DNA from: an uncultured cyanobacterium
Lineage (GTDB): Bacteria; Cyanobacteriota; Cyanobacteriia; Cyanobacteriales; CAWUOF01
Direction: 5' to 3'
NCBI GenBank assembly: GCA_963744145.1
Contig: CAVUSO010000001.1
Coordinates: forward strand, 7,072,001-7,136,000
DNA length: 64,000 nt
Shown: positions 9,270 to 19,681 of the stretch, piece by piece
Layout of the letters: every line of letters begins with the position of its first letter
How positions within the stretch are numbered: position 1 is the stretch's first letter
Position numbers and translations under genes: made by a program
Notes under the pieces: generated by a model
The model's database searches: none
What the model saw: the letters and a program-made list of their open reading frames with translations, nothing else
Told to the model about the DNA's origin: nothing

Positions 9270-11126
9270 CTAAAAAAGATTATATTGGACGGAAAAATAT
9301 AGGCCATTTTCTTGCCAAGTTTTTGGTTTTGTACTGACATCAGTTAAGCCAATACCATAGTCAAAACTGGCAGTTAGGCGATCGCCTTGCTGAAATCTTA
9401 ATCCTAGTCCTACCGCAAACAAGGAGCTAGGACTTGGATCTTGTGTTGCGACATTCCATGCAGTGCCAAAATCAAAAAACGGTACTAATTGGAAAAGACC
9501 ATTATTATGAGGAAGACGGTAAATTGGATAGCGAAGTTCGGCTGAAGCAAATACACCACTATCGCTTAATAATAAGTCTTGACGATAACCACGGACACTT
9601 TCTAAACCACCTAAACCAAATTGTTCAATCGGGACTAAAGCATCTGCGGCTACCTGAATATCAGAACGCAGTAATAAGGTTGTATCTGGTGCTAACAGAC
9701 GTAAATATTGTAACTGACCGCGCCAATAAAAAAAGCGACTATCCGGCAAACTTTTATTAATTGTCGCATCAGCTACTCCGACTCCGACATTAAACTGAGA
9801 GCGACCAGCAAATACTTGTTGAGCATCACGCTGAGTAAATTCTTGATAAAGTCTCAGAGCCATAATCCGAGTTCTTCCCTGAGAATCTGCTCCTGCAGAT
9901 AGAGGAAAGCCCACACCTAATAAAGAAGTATCACTTTCTCTTCTCGCTGCGGTAATTCCTACTGCAAAATCTTTAGTTGGTGTTTGTAATAGAGGTTGAC
10001 GAAAACCGATTTCATAGTTACTAGAATGTGCTTCAATATCTACCGCATCAAAGGGTTTTTCAATAATGGTACTAAAGGTCGTATTATAATCTAAGTTGAT
10101 CGTACCATTCCGAGCATTGACAGGGATTTTGTAGCTAGCATCTAGTTCATTACTACCATCGGTATTAGCATAAGTAACACTGAAACTATCTCCTAATCCA
10201 GTGACATTACCTTCGCTAATTTGTAATCCTCTCCGGAAAGTCCCGACACTGGGCGATCGCCCATTATCTGTCCGTAATTGGACTTGAAAAGTATTTGCTT
10301 CGGTAATCTTTACTTCTAATAAACTTTGTCCTGGACGCGAACCGGCTGATAATTCGGCTGAAAGATTTTTAATCAGGGGGTCTAATTGTAATAATTGTAA
10401 AGCTTCTAACAAACGAGGTACTTTTAAAGGTTTACCTGTTGCTAATGCTAAACGACTCCGAACATAACCGGAATTCAGACGTTTATTTCCCGTCACTTTA
10501 ATATCTTCTAATTCCCCTTCCACTACCTGGATTTTGACCACATCACCTTCTAGAGTTTGGGGAGGAATAAAAGCACCCGAAGTCACATAACCGTTGTCTA
10601 TATATAGTTTTGTTACGGCTGAACGAGCGTTCAATAGTTCCGCAAAACTAATCTTTTTGTCAGTGAACTCTTTGAGGATTTTGTCAAAGTCTGCTTGACT
10701 GAAAACTGTGCTACCTAGAACCTCAAATTTTTTCACTACAATCGTTCCAGGAATATTTGGGATCTCTTGATTTGGGCTGGGAGTTATCGGTGGATTTTTT
10801 AGGAGGTCTTCCGGAGGGGGTAACAGGGGAGGGGTTTGTAGTGGTGGTGGATTAATGGGCTGAATGGGCTGAATTTGGTTTGGTCTAATCTGTCCTAATT
10901 CTACTGTCTGTGCTTGTCCTGGAGTGCCATATAAGGGTAAATAATAAAAACTTAATCCTAATAAACTGCTGATTAAGTATAAATTACTTTTGTTGGTCAT
11001 TTTTTTACTTTCACTTTTTTGTTCTTGATCACTAAATTTTTCACCTTTGAATTGCCAATTAAGACTCGATAAGATATTTGGGCAATCTTGGTGCAGAGTC
11101 AACCTCGGTAAAATTTTGAAGTACAT
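9270..11126 (-). CDS. ShlB/FhaC/HecB-family two-partner secretion outer-membrane transporter (true start probably near 11000)
   Basis: POTRA region LYIDNGYVTSGA, GGLESVRGY (VRGY) motif, terminal aromatic residue (YNLF). Confidence 0.9.
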   Translation of the reverse strand: MYFKILPRLTLHQDCPNILSSLNWQFKGEKFSDQEQKSESKKMTNKSNLYLISSLLGLSFYYLPLYGTPGQAQTVELGQIRPNQIQPIQPINPPPLQTPPLLPPPEDLLKNPPITPSPNQEIPNIPGTIVVKKFEVLGSTVFSQADFDKILKEFTDKKISFAELLNARSAVTKLYIDNGYVTSGAFIPPQTLEGDVVKIQVVEGELEDIKVTGNKRLNSGYVRSRLALATGKPLKVPRLLEALQLLQLDPLIKNLSAELSAGSRPGQSLLEVKITEANTFQVQLRTDNGRSPSVGTFRRGLQISEGNVTGLGDSFSVTYANTDGSNELDASYKIPVNARNGTINLDYNTTFSTIIEKPFDAVDIEAHSSNYEIGFRQPLLQTPTKDFAVGITAARRESDTSLLGVGFPLSAGADSQGRTRIMALRLYQEFTQRDAQQVFAGRSQFNVGVGVADATINKSLPDSRFFYWRGQLQYLRLLAPDTTLLLRSDIQVAADALVPIEQFGLGGLESVRGYRQDLLLSDSGVFASAELRYPIYRLPHNNGLFQLVPFFDFGTAWNVATQDPSPSSLFAVGLGLRFQQGDRLTASFDYGIGLTDVSTKPKTWQENGLYFSVQYNLF

Positions 11127-11501
11127 GGGTGGGAACTTCTCTCAAGGAACATTTTACTTATGCCAAAAATATACATGGGGAAACAGTCTGACTGAGAAAA
11201 TGCTAAGTAAATTTTTGATAACGATTTTTTATCACTTTATGTAGACTTAACTAACCAAAAGCAGGATTATAACAAAAATAAATAAAAAAAAGTTATTCAC
11301 TTCTGCCATAATTTCTTTATTTTTGCAAAAATCGACCATGAAAACGAATTTGGTGATGCAGTTTGATCTGCATATTATTGCACCCTAGATGGAAATTTTG
11401 GATTAGATGGACCCTGAGCTATGATACAAATCCTAAACAAGTAAAGCATATAATAGCTCAAATTGCTCCTAGATTATTCATCTAACCAACTGGATTAAAT
11501 T

Positions 11502-13929
11502 TTGACGGATCTACAAAATCACCAACAAATTCCGCCCTCAAGTTGGCAACGTCCCATTGGTTTAGGTTGGGACAAACCCTATACTGTTCGTTATGCAAGT
11601 AACTTAGATGATGGTCCTTGGCACGGAATGCCCTTGGGAGGGTTTGGTGCCGGGTGTATCGGTCGATCGCCAAGAGGAGATTTTAACCTATGGCATATTG
11701 ACGGGGGAGAACATATTTTCCGCACTCTGCCCGCTTGTCAATTTAGTATCTATGAAGAAGCAAATCATCAGCGACGGGCTTTTGCTCTCTCTACCCAACC
11801 CCCAGAAGATAAAAGTCTAGCCTCATGGAATTGGTATCCTGCTTCAGTCAATGATCGCGATCGCAGCACGGGCACATACCATGCACTTTATCCCCGCAGT
11901 TGGTTTGTTTATCAAAATGTCTTTCAAGCTGAACTAACTTGCGAACAATTTTCACCGATCTGGGCAGGTAATTACCAAGAAACTAGCTATCCGGTAGCCA
12001 TTTTTGAGTGGACAGCACATAATCCTACCGATGCTCCCATTACTTTAAGTATTATGCTGACTTGGCAAAATACCGTGGGATGGTTTACCAATCAGAGCAA
12101 AGAACCAGAAGTAATTGTTCGAGATGATGGTAGTCCAGTTTATCAATATCAACCTAAATGGGGAGAAAGTGCTGGAAATTGTAACATTCTGGTCGAAGAC
12201 TTTCATCGTCTCGGTTGTTTATTAACCAAATTGGATATAGGGGATGAGGTAGAAGAAGGACAAGGACAATGGGCGATCGCCACGGTAACTAATCCCAGTG
12301 TCGAAGTTTATTATCATACACGCTGGAATCCAGCCGGGACTGGGGAAGAACTCTGGAATACTTTTAGTTTAGATGGTTCACTCCCTGATGCCCAAGATGA
12401 AACCCCGGTAACAATTGGACAACAATTAGGAGCAGCGATCGCAGTTCGTTTCACGATCCGACCTGGTAAAACTCGACAAATTCCCTTTATCCTTGCTTGG
12501 GATTTTCCAGTTACCGAATTTTTTCGGAATGTTAAATATTATCGTCGCTACACTGATTTTTTTGGTCGTAATGGGAAAGGCGCTTGGGGAATGATCCGGA
12601 CAGCACTCAAACATTACGAAACTTGGAGAGAGCAAATCAATGAATGGCAACAACCAATCCTTAAGCGTCCAGATTTACCAGATTGGTTCAAAATGGCATT
12701 ATTTAACGAACTCTATAACCTCTCCAGTGGTGGTTCCCTATGGACAGCAGCGACAGAAAAAGATCCGAAAGGACAATTTGCGATTCTTGAATGTCTGGAT
12801 TATCGCTGGTATGAAAGCTTAGATGTTCGTCTATATGGTTCTTTTGGATTAGCCAAACTTTGATCCAGAATTAGAAAAATCGGTGATTCTGGCTTTTGCA
12901 CGGGCCATTCCTACAGCCGATCATACCCAAAGAATCATTGGTTATAACCAAGCGTCAGCAGTACGGAAAATTGCTGGTGCTACTCCCCATGACTTAGGGG
13001 CCCCGAATGAACATCCTTGGGAAAAAACTAATTATACGAGCTATCAAGATTGCAATCTCTGGAAAGATTTACCCTGTGATTTTGTCTTACAGGTTTATCG
13101 AGATTTTTTGTTTACTGGTAGCACAGACTATGAGTTTTTATGGGAATGTTGGCCCGCGATTGTCGCCACCTTAGCCTATCTGAAAACCTTTGATCATGAT
13201 GGAGATGGGATTCCTGAAAATAGTGGGGCTCCTGACCAAACCTTTGATGATTGGCAACTTAAAGGAGTTAGTGCTTATTGTGGAGGTTTATGGTTAGCTG
13301 CATTAGAAGCAGCGATCGCGATCGGTCAAACCTTAGAAGCATCTGGTTATACTGGACCCTTAGTAGCTTATGGGGAAGAAAAAATTACTAATTACCAATT
13401 ACCTATTACCACCTATCAAACCTGGTTGGCTCAAGCCCGTCCTATATATCAGGAAAAATTATGGAACGGACAATATTACCGACTTGATAGCGAAAGTGGT
13501 TCAGATGTGGTAATGGCTGATCAACTTTGTGGACAATTTTATGCCAATTTGCTGAATCTACCAGATCTTGTACCCAGGGAATGCGTAAAATCAGCATTGC
13601 AAACTATTTATGAAGCTTGTTTTTTAAAATTCCATCAAGGTCAGTTTGGTGTTGCTAATGGAGTTAGACCTGATGGTACTCCAGTTAATCCCCAAGCTAC
13701 CCATCCCTTAGAAGTCTGGATTGGGATTAATTTTGGATTAGCTGCTTTGATGAGTCAGATGGAAATGAACACAGAAGCTTTCCAAATTACTGAAGCTGTG
13801 GTACATCAAATCTACGACAACGGTTTACAGTTCCGGACTCCCGAAGCGATTACAGCCCATTCGACGTTTCGTGCTAGTCATTACCTCAGAGCATTGGCAA
13901 TTTGGGCGATTATGTCCTCATCCAAATAA
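11502..13929 (+). CDS. GH116 beta-glucosidase (GBA2-like), split by a frameshift/stop at about 12861
   Basis: GMPLGGFGAGCIGR, LECLDYRWYESLDV, then PELEKSV..PHDLG..WKDL..PDQTFDDW..FRTPEA in the next frame. Confidence 0.88.
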
Positions 13930-13961
13930 TATCGGGGTAATTAGCAGTAGCAAAAATACCT

Positions 13962-14066
13962 AGGACAGTCATCTTGACTGTCCCACAAAAGTCATTTTTT
14001 CTGGTGGGACAGACATCTTGTCTGTCCAGAATCTTGTCTGGTGGGACAGACATCTTGTCTGTCCAA
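13962..14066. repeat. REP-like palindrome cluster (GTGGGACAG.CATCTTG.CTGTCC family), 3 units
   Basis: One inverted and two direct copies; same family recurs at 60830-61201 and about 63627-63682. Confidence 0.75.
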
Positions 14067-14103
14067 ATTCTTGTCTGTCACCCCTACTGGATTTATCTGA
14101 TTC

Positions 14104-15558
14104 ATGGTTCCATTTTTACCTCTCTTTCCGCTAGCACAGGTGACTCCGAGTCCTCAACCACCAGTGATTCCACCCGTAACAGTACCTGTATTACCACCTC
14201 CAGAATCAGTACCACGATTGGAAACATTACCCCAATTAGAACCATTACCACCACAAGAGGTCATCGAATCAACCGAAGTTCGTCCTCTCCCAGGGAAACT
14301 GGATGAAATTCCGGTATTTAATAGCAATAGTCCGGAATTAGTGCAAACAGAAGGCATTTTACTATCTACTTTTCCACCTGACCATAAAAAAGTTCCTGCT
14401 GCACATTTGAATTTTCCTTTTCAAGGACGCTTTGATATTTTTTCTCACCATATCGTTAAAGCGAGAACTTTAGCCCAAACCCGTACTCTGTTTCAGGGCA
14501 TATTAATATATAACCCCAGTGCCAATCCAGTCAAGCTAGATATTTTACAGGGTGCCACTTATTTAACTTCTCCTGATGCACTATTTTTAGATTTACCAGA
14601 TTTGGTGGAAAATCCTGTCGGAAAAGTTTATGCAGGACCCGGAAGTCGCACGGTGAATGATGTTTTACGTCAGCTTAGACAAGCATTTTTACCTCCCTTC
14701 CTGATCATTCCACCACAACAAACAGTCACGTTAATAAATTTGCCTATTCCTTTGGGCAAAGTTGTCCCTACTTCTAATGGTCGCTCAACTCTAATTCGCT
14801 TGTCGAGTAGCGGTCCAGTTTATGTAGCTAATTTAGCCATGTTTGCTCCTCTTAATCCCAATGGTAGTGAAAGACCTCCAACTTCAGCAGAATGGCAAAA
14901 ACTACTCAATGATGGGGGATTAGCAGGACCAAGAGATCAATTACCAACTCCTTTGGAACAGTCATTAGGTAATATAGTTTATGGTCGGGTTGCGGGTGTG
15001 GCTCAGGGATCGCAATGGAATGGGCTGATTACTGATAATCCTCAGATCGATTTTTTAAGTATTCCTCTACCAGGACAATCCTTTTCCTATGTTTTAGATA
15101 CTGTGCCAGAAGTTACCTTTGGTACTGGTCAAATTCAAAGTGCTCCCATGTTAGCTCGTTATCCAGATACGGCTTATTTTGCTCACGGAAATTATGGCAT
15201 TGAATATAATTTGACCTTGCCTTTATCTAATTTAACTGATGAAACCCAGATGGTTATAGTTAAATTATCTACACCTTTGAAAGCTGATGAGCCAGCTGAA
15301 GGTTTATTGTTTGTTAAACCTCGCGATCGCGAGGTTTTCTTTCGCGGTACGGTGAAAGTGAGTTTTAATGATGAGCATGGTCTGACTCAAAGTCGCTATG
15401 TCCATTTAGTCCAGCGACGTGGACAACCAGGAGAACCTTTGGTCAGATTATCTATGGCTCCTAAGTCTCGTACTATGGTACAGGTCGATTTTCTTTATCC
15501 CCCTGATTCTACTCCCCCTCAAGTGTTGATGATCAAAACCTTGAATTTGTCTAATTAA
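14104..15558 (+). CDS. DUF3370-family protein
   Basis: VRPLPGKLD.IPVFNSNSPELVQTEGILLSTFP...AHGNYGIEY...DFLYPPDSTPPQVL. Confidence 0.8.
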   Translation: MVPFLPLFPLAQVTPSPQPPVIPPVTVPVLPPPESVPRLETLPQLEPLPPQEVIESTEVRPLPGKLDEIPVFNSNSPELVQTEGILLSTFPPDHKKVPAAHLNFPFQGRFDIFSHHIVKARTLAQTRTLFQGILIYNPSANPVKLDILQGATYLTSPDALFLDLPDLVENPVGKVYAGPGSRTVNDVLRQLRQAFLPPFLIIPPQQTVTLINLPIPLGKVVPTSNGRSTLIRLSSSGPVYVANLAMFAPLNPNGSERPPTSAEWQKLLNDGGLAGPRDQLPTPLEQSLGNIVYGRVAGVAQGSQWNGLITDNPQIDFLSIPLPGQSFSYVLDTVPEVTFGTGQIQSAPMLARYPDTAYFAHGNYGIEYNLTLPLSNLTDETQMVIVKLSTPLKADEPAEGLLFVKPRDREVFFRGTVKVSFNDEHGLTQSRYVHLVQRRGQPGEPLVRLSMAPKSRTMVQVDFLYPPDSTPPQVLMIKTLNLSN

Positions 15559-15580
15559 TGATGGCGATCATTAATTGTTA

Positions 15581-16120
15581 CTATTTCTCGGCGATCGCTT
15601 GTCTTAATACATTGCAGATTAATTGTTTTTGCTCGTCATCATAACCCCATCCAGCAAAAAATTCTTGATATTTTCCTGTACCAGTAGCAGCACTTTCTGA
15701 TAATTGAGTAGCGATTTCATATACACTCGGAAGTTGAACTAATTTGATTAAATTGGCTGTTCTCTGTTTGACTCGTTCTGACCCTATAGCCATCTCTTCG
15801 TTGCCGTGCCGACGATGGGTCAGGGCCATAGCCGCAGACATGGCCAAATTTTTCACTAATAATTCTGCAACATCATCTCCAGATAACTGTAAGGCTTTGA
15901 TTATTTCTGGTGGAGGTTGATCGGCTAAGATTGATTCAGCAGTGAGATAAGTGACAAAAAATCCTCGCTTCCCGTTATTGGTTGTCACTAAGGTAGTGAT
16001 TGCTTCGATTAATTCGGTGGGGTCGATTTTTCCGGTTTCTACCGCAGCTACTAATGACTGAGTTAGGGCGATCGCTTCGGAAAATGTGATTGTTTTCTGA
16101 CTTTGCCAAACTTTTTCCAT
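15581..16120 (-). CDS. Conserved cyanobacterial hypothetical protein
   Basis: 179-aa ORF with RGFFVTYLT, KNLAMSAAM and WGYDDEQK motifs. Confidence 0.7.
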   Translation of the reverse strand: MEKVWQSQKTITFSEAIALTQSLVAAVETGKIDPTELIEAITTLVTTNNGKRGFFVTYLTAESILADQPPPEIIKALQLSGDDVAELLVKNLAMSAAMALTHRRHGNEEMAIGSERVKQRTANLIKLVQLPSVYEIATQLSESAATGTGKYQEFFAGWGYDDEQKQLICNVLRQAIAEK

Positions 16121-16248
16121 GCCTAATTTTTCTGTGAAAATGTCTTTATTTTTACTTTAGTACATTTTTCTCGATCAAAGATTTTTTGTGCTGACTTGGC
16201 TAGAGCAGATTATAATGAATCATATTAATAGCCACTGGGGTAGCAATC

Positions 16249-16782
16249 ATGGCTTACATATGCGATATTGGCAATGCTCAACAAGTAAAGATGGTGAATC
16301 AGGGACTGCAAACTTTGATTACAGTTTCGATGAGCGCACATGGACAACAACAACAAGCGAGTACCGGTTTTACCACAGGTAATTGGACTACACCACCGAG
16401 AGTTTTTCGGACTGGTGGTAGTGTGGTGTTGGAAATTGATGGAGAACAGGGGCAGTTTTTTGTGTTAGTACAAGGAAATGGAATTAGCACTTTAAATACT
16501 AAACCTTCTTTGGGAAATGCTGATGTTTTACCTTTAGAGAAAGTACCTGATCAATCAGAACCTTTAATTTCCCCCATGTCACCCATGAAACCAATGGAAC
16601 CGATGAAAATGGGAAATATGGAAATACAAATGAATCCCATGCAAATGAAAATGGGAAATATGGAAATGCAAATCGGGACCCCATTGTCACCACCAGCAAA
16701 AAAGAATTTCTGCTCTCAATGTGGAGTCGCGATCGGGATTAGCGATCGCTTTTGTACTAATTGTGGTCAACCTTTACCTTAA
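16249..16782 (+). CDS. Zinc-ribbon domain protein with Met-rich tract
   Basis: C-terminal FCSQCG....DRFCTNCG; MSPMKPMEPMKMGNMEIQMNPMQMKMGNMEMQ. Confidence 0.8.
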   Translation: MAYICDIGNAQQVKMVNQGLQTLITVSMSAHGQQQQASTGFTTGNWTTPPRVFRTGGSVVLEIDGEQGQFFVLVQGNGISTLNTKPSLGNADVLPLEKVPDQSEPLISPMSPMKPMEPMKMGNMEIQMNPMQMKMGNMEMQIGTPLSPPAKKNFCSQCGVAIGISDRFCTNCGQPLP

Positions 16783-17195
16783 TTTGAGCAGATTTAGGCG
16801 ATTGGGATGATTAATATTTTATTGATGCGATCGCAAGTCCCGACCATAGGGATTACTTGGGTGCGATCGCGCTCTAAATAACCCTATTAAATCTGAGGGT
16901 GCATCATATAGGTTTGAACACTGAAATTAAGACATAATAAATTTTTTAGCAAGTAATCTCTCCTATATTTTGGTAAGAAAATATTATTGTGCTGTTAGCT
17001 TTGATTTATTTTAAACAAAAAATTTAATTCCAGACTTTTGAGAATTTCATAATAGAAAAATTCCTGAATGAGTATAATGACTCACAAAAATGAACATACC
17101 TATTTTTTAATAAAAAAACTTCCGGATTAATGTTGATGAGTATGAAATGTTGGTTATAGAAATAACTCACTGCATAAATCTACCATAAAGAAGCT

Positions 17196-18140
17196 ATGGC
17201 CAAAACTGCGACAAAAGTTAACTATGGAAAATGGAGCGTGATTGTAACCCTTATAATCGGGATTCCTGGTGCAATTGCTGGATATTTAACTTTTCCTCAA
17301 GTTGGTTGCGAAATAGGTCTAAATACATCAGCCTGTGCAGTTCCGCAAAAAGACGTTGAATTTGTCACTCAAGCAGAATCAGGAGAACTACTACAAGGTG
17401 TAGCGGTTAATGTGATCGCTAATAAGGGAGCCCCTGAAGTTCAATATAGTGATGCTCATGGTTATGTCAAGGTTAACATTCCAAGTAAAGGAAATGTTCG
17501 GATTATCTTAAGTAAGCAAGGTTATCCAACACAAGATTTCAGTCTTAACTTAGAAAACAACCAAGATACGATTAGAACTATTAAGTTTAGTACATCAGGT
17601 GAACCCAGCGTTCAGCCAGTTGCATCGTTGCCTCCAACCTCTAGCCCTACGGTTTCACCCAGTTCTACTAGTTCACCTAGTCCTACTAGTTCACCCAGTT
17701 CTACTAATTCACCCAGTCCTAATGGTTTAATACTTCCCGGTAATTTTGTAAAAGTGGATGGTAGTGTAACTTGGGAACTAAAAAAATGTGCAAGAAAACA
17801 AACAGATGTTAGTTGCTCTTTTGCACTTACTACTAGTGCCGAACGTGAAAATTATACTTTACAGCTAGATAGTTCCACCAAGATGACAGATCATTTTGGT
17901 CATGAATATTTTGTAAGTAATGCAATTTTTGTGGACAACAAGGCTGGTAAAAATAATAGTTTATCACACGAAATGCAAAATGGTTCAGTTTACCTTACCA
18001 GCATTGATTTTGAAAAAATTCCTATTTCAGTTATTGAAGTAAATTCGTTAATAATAAGAGCAATAGACAACCGGATAGGAGGATATGGTAATGAAATAAA
18101 ATTTGACAAAGTTTCTATCGAAGGAAGTGATAAAAAATAA
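17196..18140 (+). CDS. Hypothetical membrane-anchored/exported protein with carboxypeptidase-regulatory-like beta domain and Ser/Pro/Thr linker
   Basis: 314-aa ORF, N-terminal TM, YSDAHGYVKV..LSKQGY motif, SPSSTSSPSPT repeats. Confidence 0.6.
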   Translation: MAKTATKVNYGKWSVIVTLIIGIPGAIAGYLTFPQVGCEIGLNTSACAVPQKDVEFVTQAESGELLQGVAVNVIANKGAPEVQYSDAHGYVKVNIPSKGNVRIILSKQGYPTQDFSLNLENNQDTIRTIKFSTSGEPSVQPVASLPPTSSPTVSPSSTSSPSPTSSPSSTNSPSPNGLILPGNFVKVDGSVTWELKKCARKQTDVSCSFALTTSAERENYTLQLDSSTKMTDHFGHEYFVSNAIFVDNKAGKNNSLSHEMQNGSVYLTSIDFEKIPISVIEVNSLIIRAIDNRIGGYGNEIKFDKVSIEGSDKK

Positions 18141-18233
18141 CTAGAATGTGAATAGAATGAACATCATAATTCTAGATATTTGCTGATGGATGTATCAAAG
18201 TTTTAATAGCAACAAAAAAATTAGGAGCGCAAC

Positions 18234-18725
18234 ATGAGTCTCAAAGATTTAGGAATCTCTCTAGGAAAAGATGAAGAAATTATCGCAGAATCTTTATTTT
18301 CCTATTCGATTTTATTGTTTTTTATTAAATATAGCGTATATGTAACAAATAAACGCTTTATTGCTCGTATACCTAAAGTAGTTCTCTTTTTGATACCCCT
18401 TGGAGGAGAGTTAGCAACATACCCATTACGAAACATATCCAATGTCACAACTAAAATAAACTATAAGTTAGTCCAATTGTTTGGAGCTGTACTCTTTACA
18501 ATATTTGGTTTTGATAATTTCACTCATACTCAATCTATACTTGGCTTCGCTATATTTCTATTTGGAGTTATAATGGCAGTTGCAAGTTTTGAAACCCTAA
18601 TCACTGTTGTAAGTGCTGGTGCTGTTGGTGCAAAATGCCCAATTGCTCTTTGGGAAAAAGAAACAGCTCTAAAGTTTACTAATAAAGTCAATCAAGCAAT
18701 TACAGAGATTGACTCGAATAGATAA
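18234..18725 (+). CDS. Hypothetical membrane protein (bacterial PH-like YVTNKRFI motif)
   Basis: 163-aa ORF preceded by AGGAG RBS; hydrophobic segments. Confidence 0.6.
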   Translation: MSLKDLGISLGKDEEIIAESLFSYSILLFFIKYSVYVTNKRFIARIPKVVLFLIPLGGELATYPLRNISNVTTKINYKLVQLFGAVLFTIFGFDNFTHTQSILGFAIFLFGVIMAVASFETLITVVSAGAVGAKCPIALWEKETALKFTNKVNQAITEIDSNR

Positions 18726-18826
18726 TATTCAGTCCGTGATTTCGTTCTGAGTAACCCTAGTAAATCTGAAAGTAGCGATCGCACATCCCAGAAAGATAGA
18801 CTGAGGGTCGAGCGATCGCATTTTAA

Positions 18827-19297
18827 TTAGTTAAAAATATTTGCTATAAGAAAAGTCAATAAAGTAGCACATAAAGGCATCATGAATAGTGCCGTAATAA
18901 AAGTTATGGCTAAATATATTATTCCTTTAGCCATTGAGCCTGATTGTGAAGGTTGGTGATCTCCTTTCCACCAATAAATCACCTCAAGTATGATTATGGC
19001 GATCAAAGGTGAACTAAACAATCCTATTAAGAATCCGATAATCCAGCCAAAAGGTAATGAGATTAACTGCCACTCAAACCCAACTTTTATAATTGTCAAA
19101 TAACCAATTAATAGAAATCCTATAGCTGATAATATAAATAAGATCCCACTTAATGCTCCCCCTTTATAAAGTATTTGACTGGCATAATATCCAACAGTAG
19201 AAGCAAAACTATGTGCAAAATTTATCAAGTTTATCAAGTTCCTGCAATAGGTATAAGAAAGTTTAAATCCTTTATTAATTATTGTATTAATATCCAT
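18827..19297 (-). CDS. Hypothetical membrane protein
   Basis: 156-aa ORF with 3-4 hydrophobic segments, GGAG upstream. Confidence 0.5.
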   Translation of the reverse strand: MDINTIINKGFKLSYTYCRNLINLINFAHSFASTVGYYASQILYKGGALSGILFILSAIGFLLIGYLTIIKVGFEWQLISLPFGWIIGFLIGLFSSPLIAIIILEVIYWWKGDHQPSQSGSMAKGIIYLAITFITALFMMPLCATLLTFLIANIFN

Positions 19298-19681
19298 CAG
19301 ATTATCTCCGAAATATTAGGTATTTTGTAGGAAATTTTGATTATGGCTGTGGTGCTAAATATCTTCTAGCTATTTCTATTAAATTAACTTTTCTAGTTTA
19401 TCTGTGAATAATTAAGCTGGTTTTTCAACTGGCACAGTTTAACAGGATCATAGTTAAATAAGTTGGTTAGTTGGTCAAGAACTTTTGCTGCCAATTTGGG
19501 ATCTGGCACATTGACTGGTAAGGTTTTAGGTACTTTTATTCCAGGGGCGATCGCTACAAACTAAAATTTTGCTAGAATAACTGAATTGATTTTCCTAGCG
19601 ATGATTGAGCTATTAACCGATTAAATTATTAATTATGGAGATAGCGATCGCAGTTTCTAGTGGGGCAAAGACGGTAAGTAT

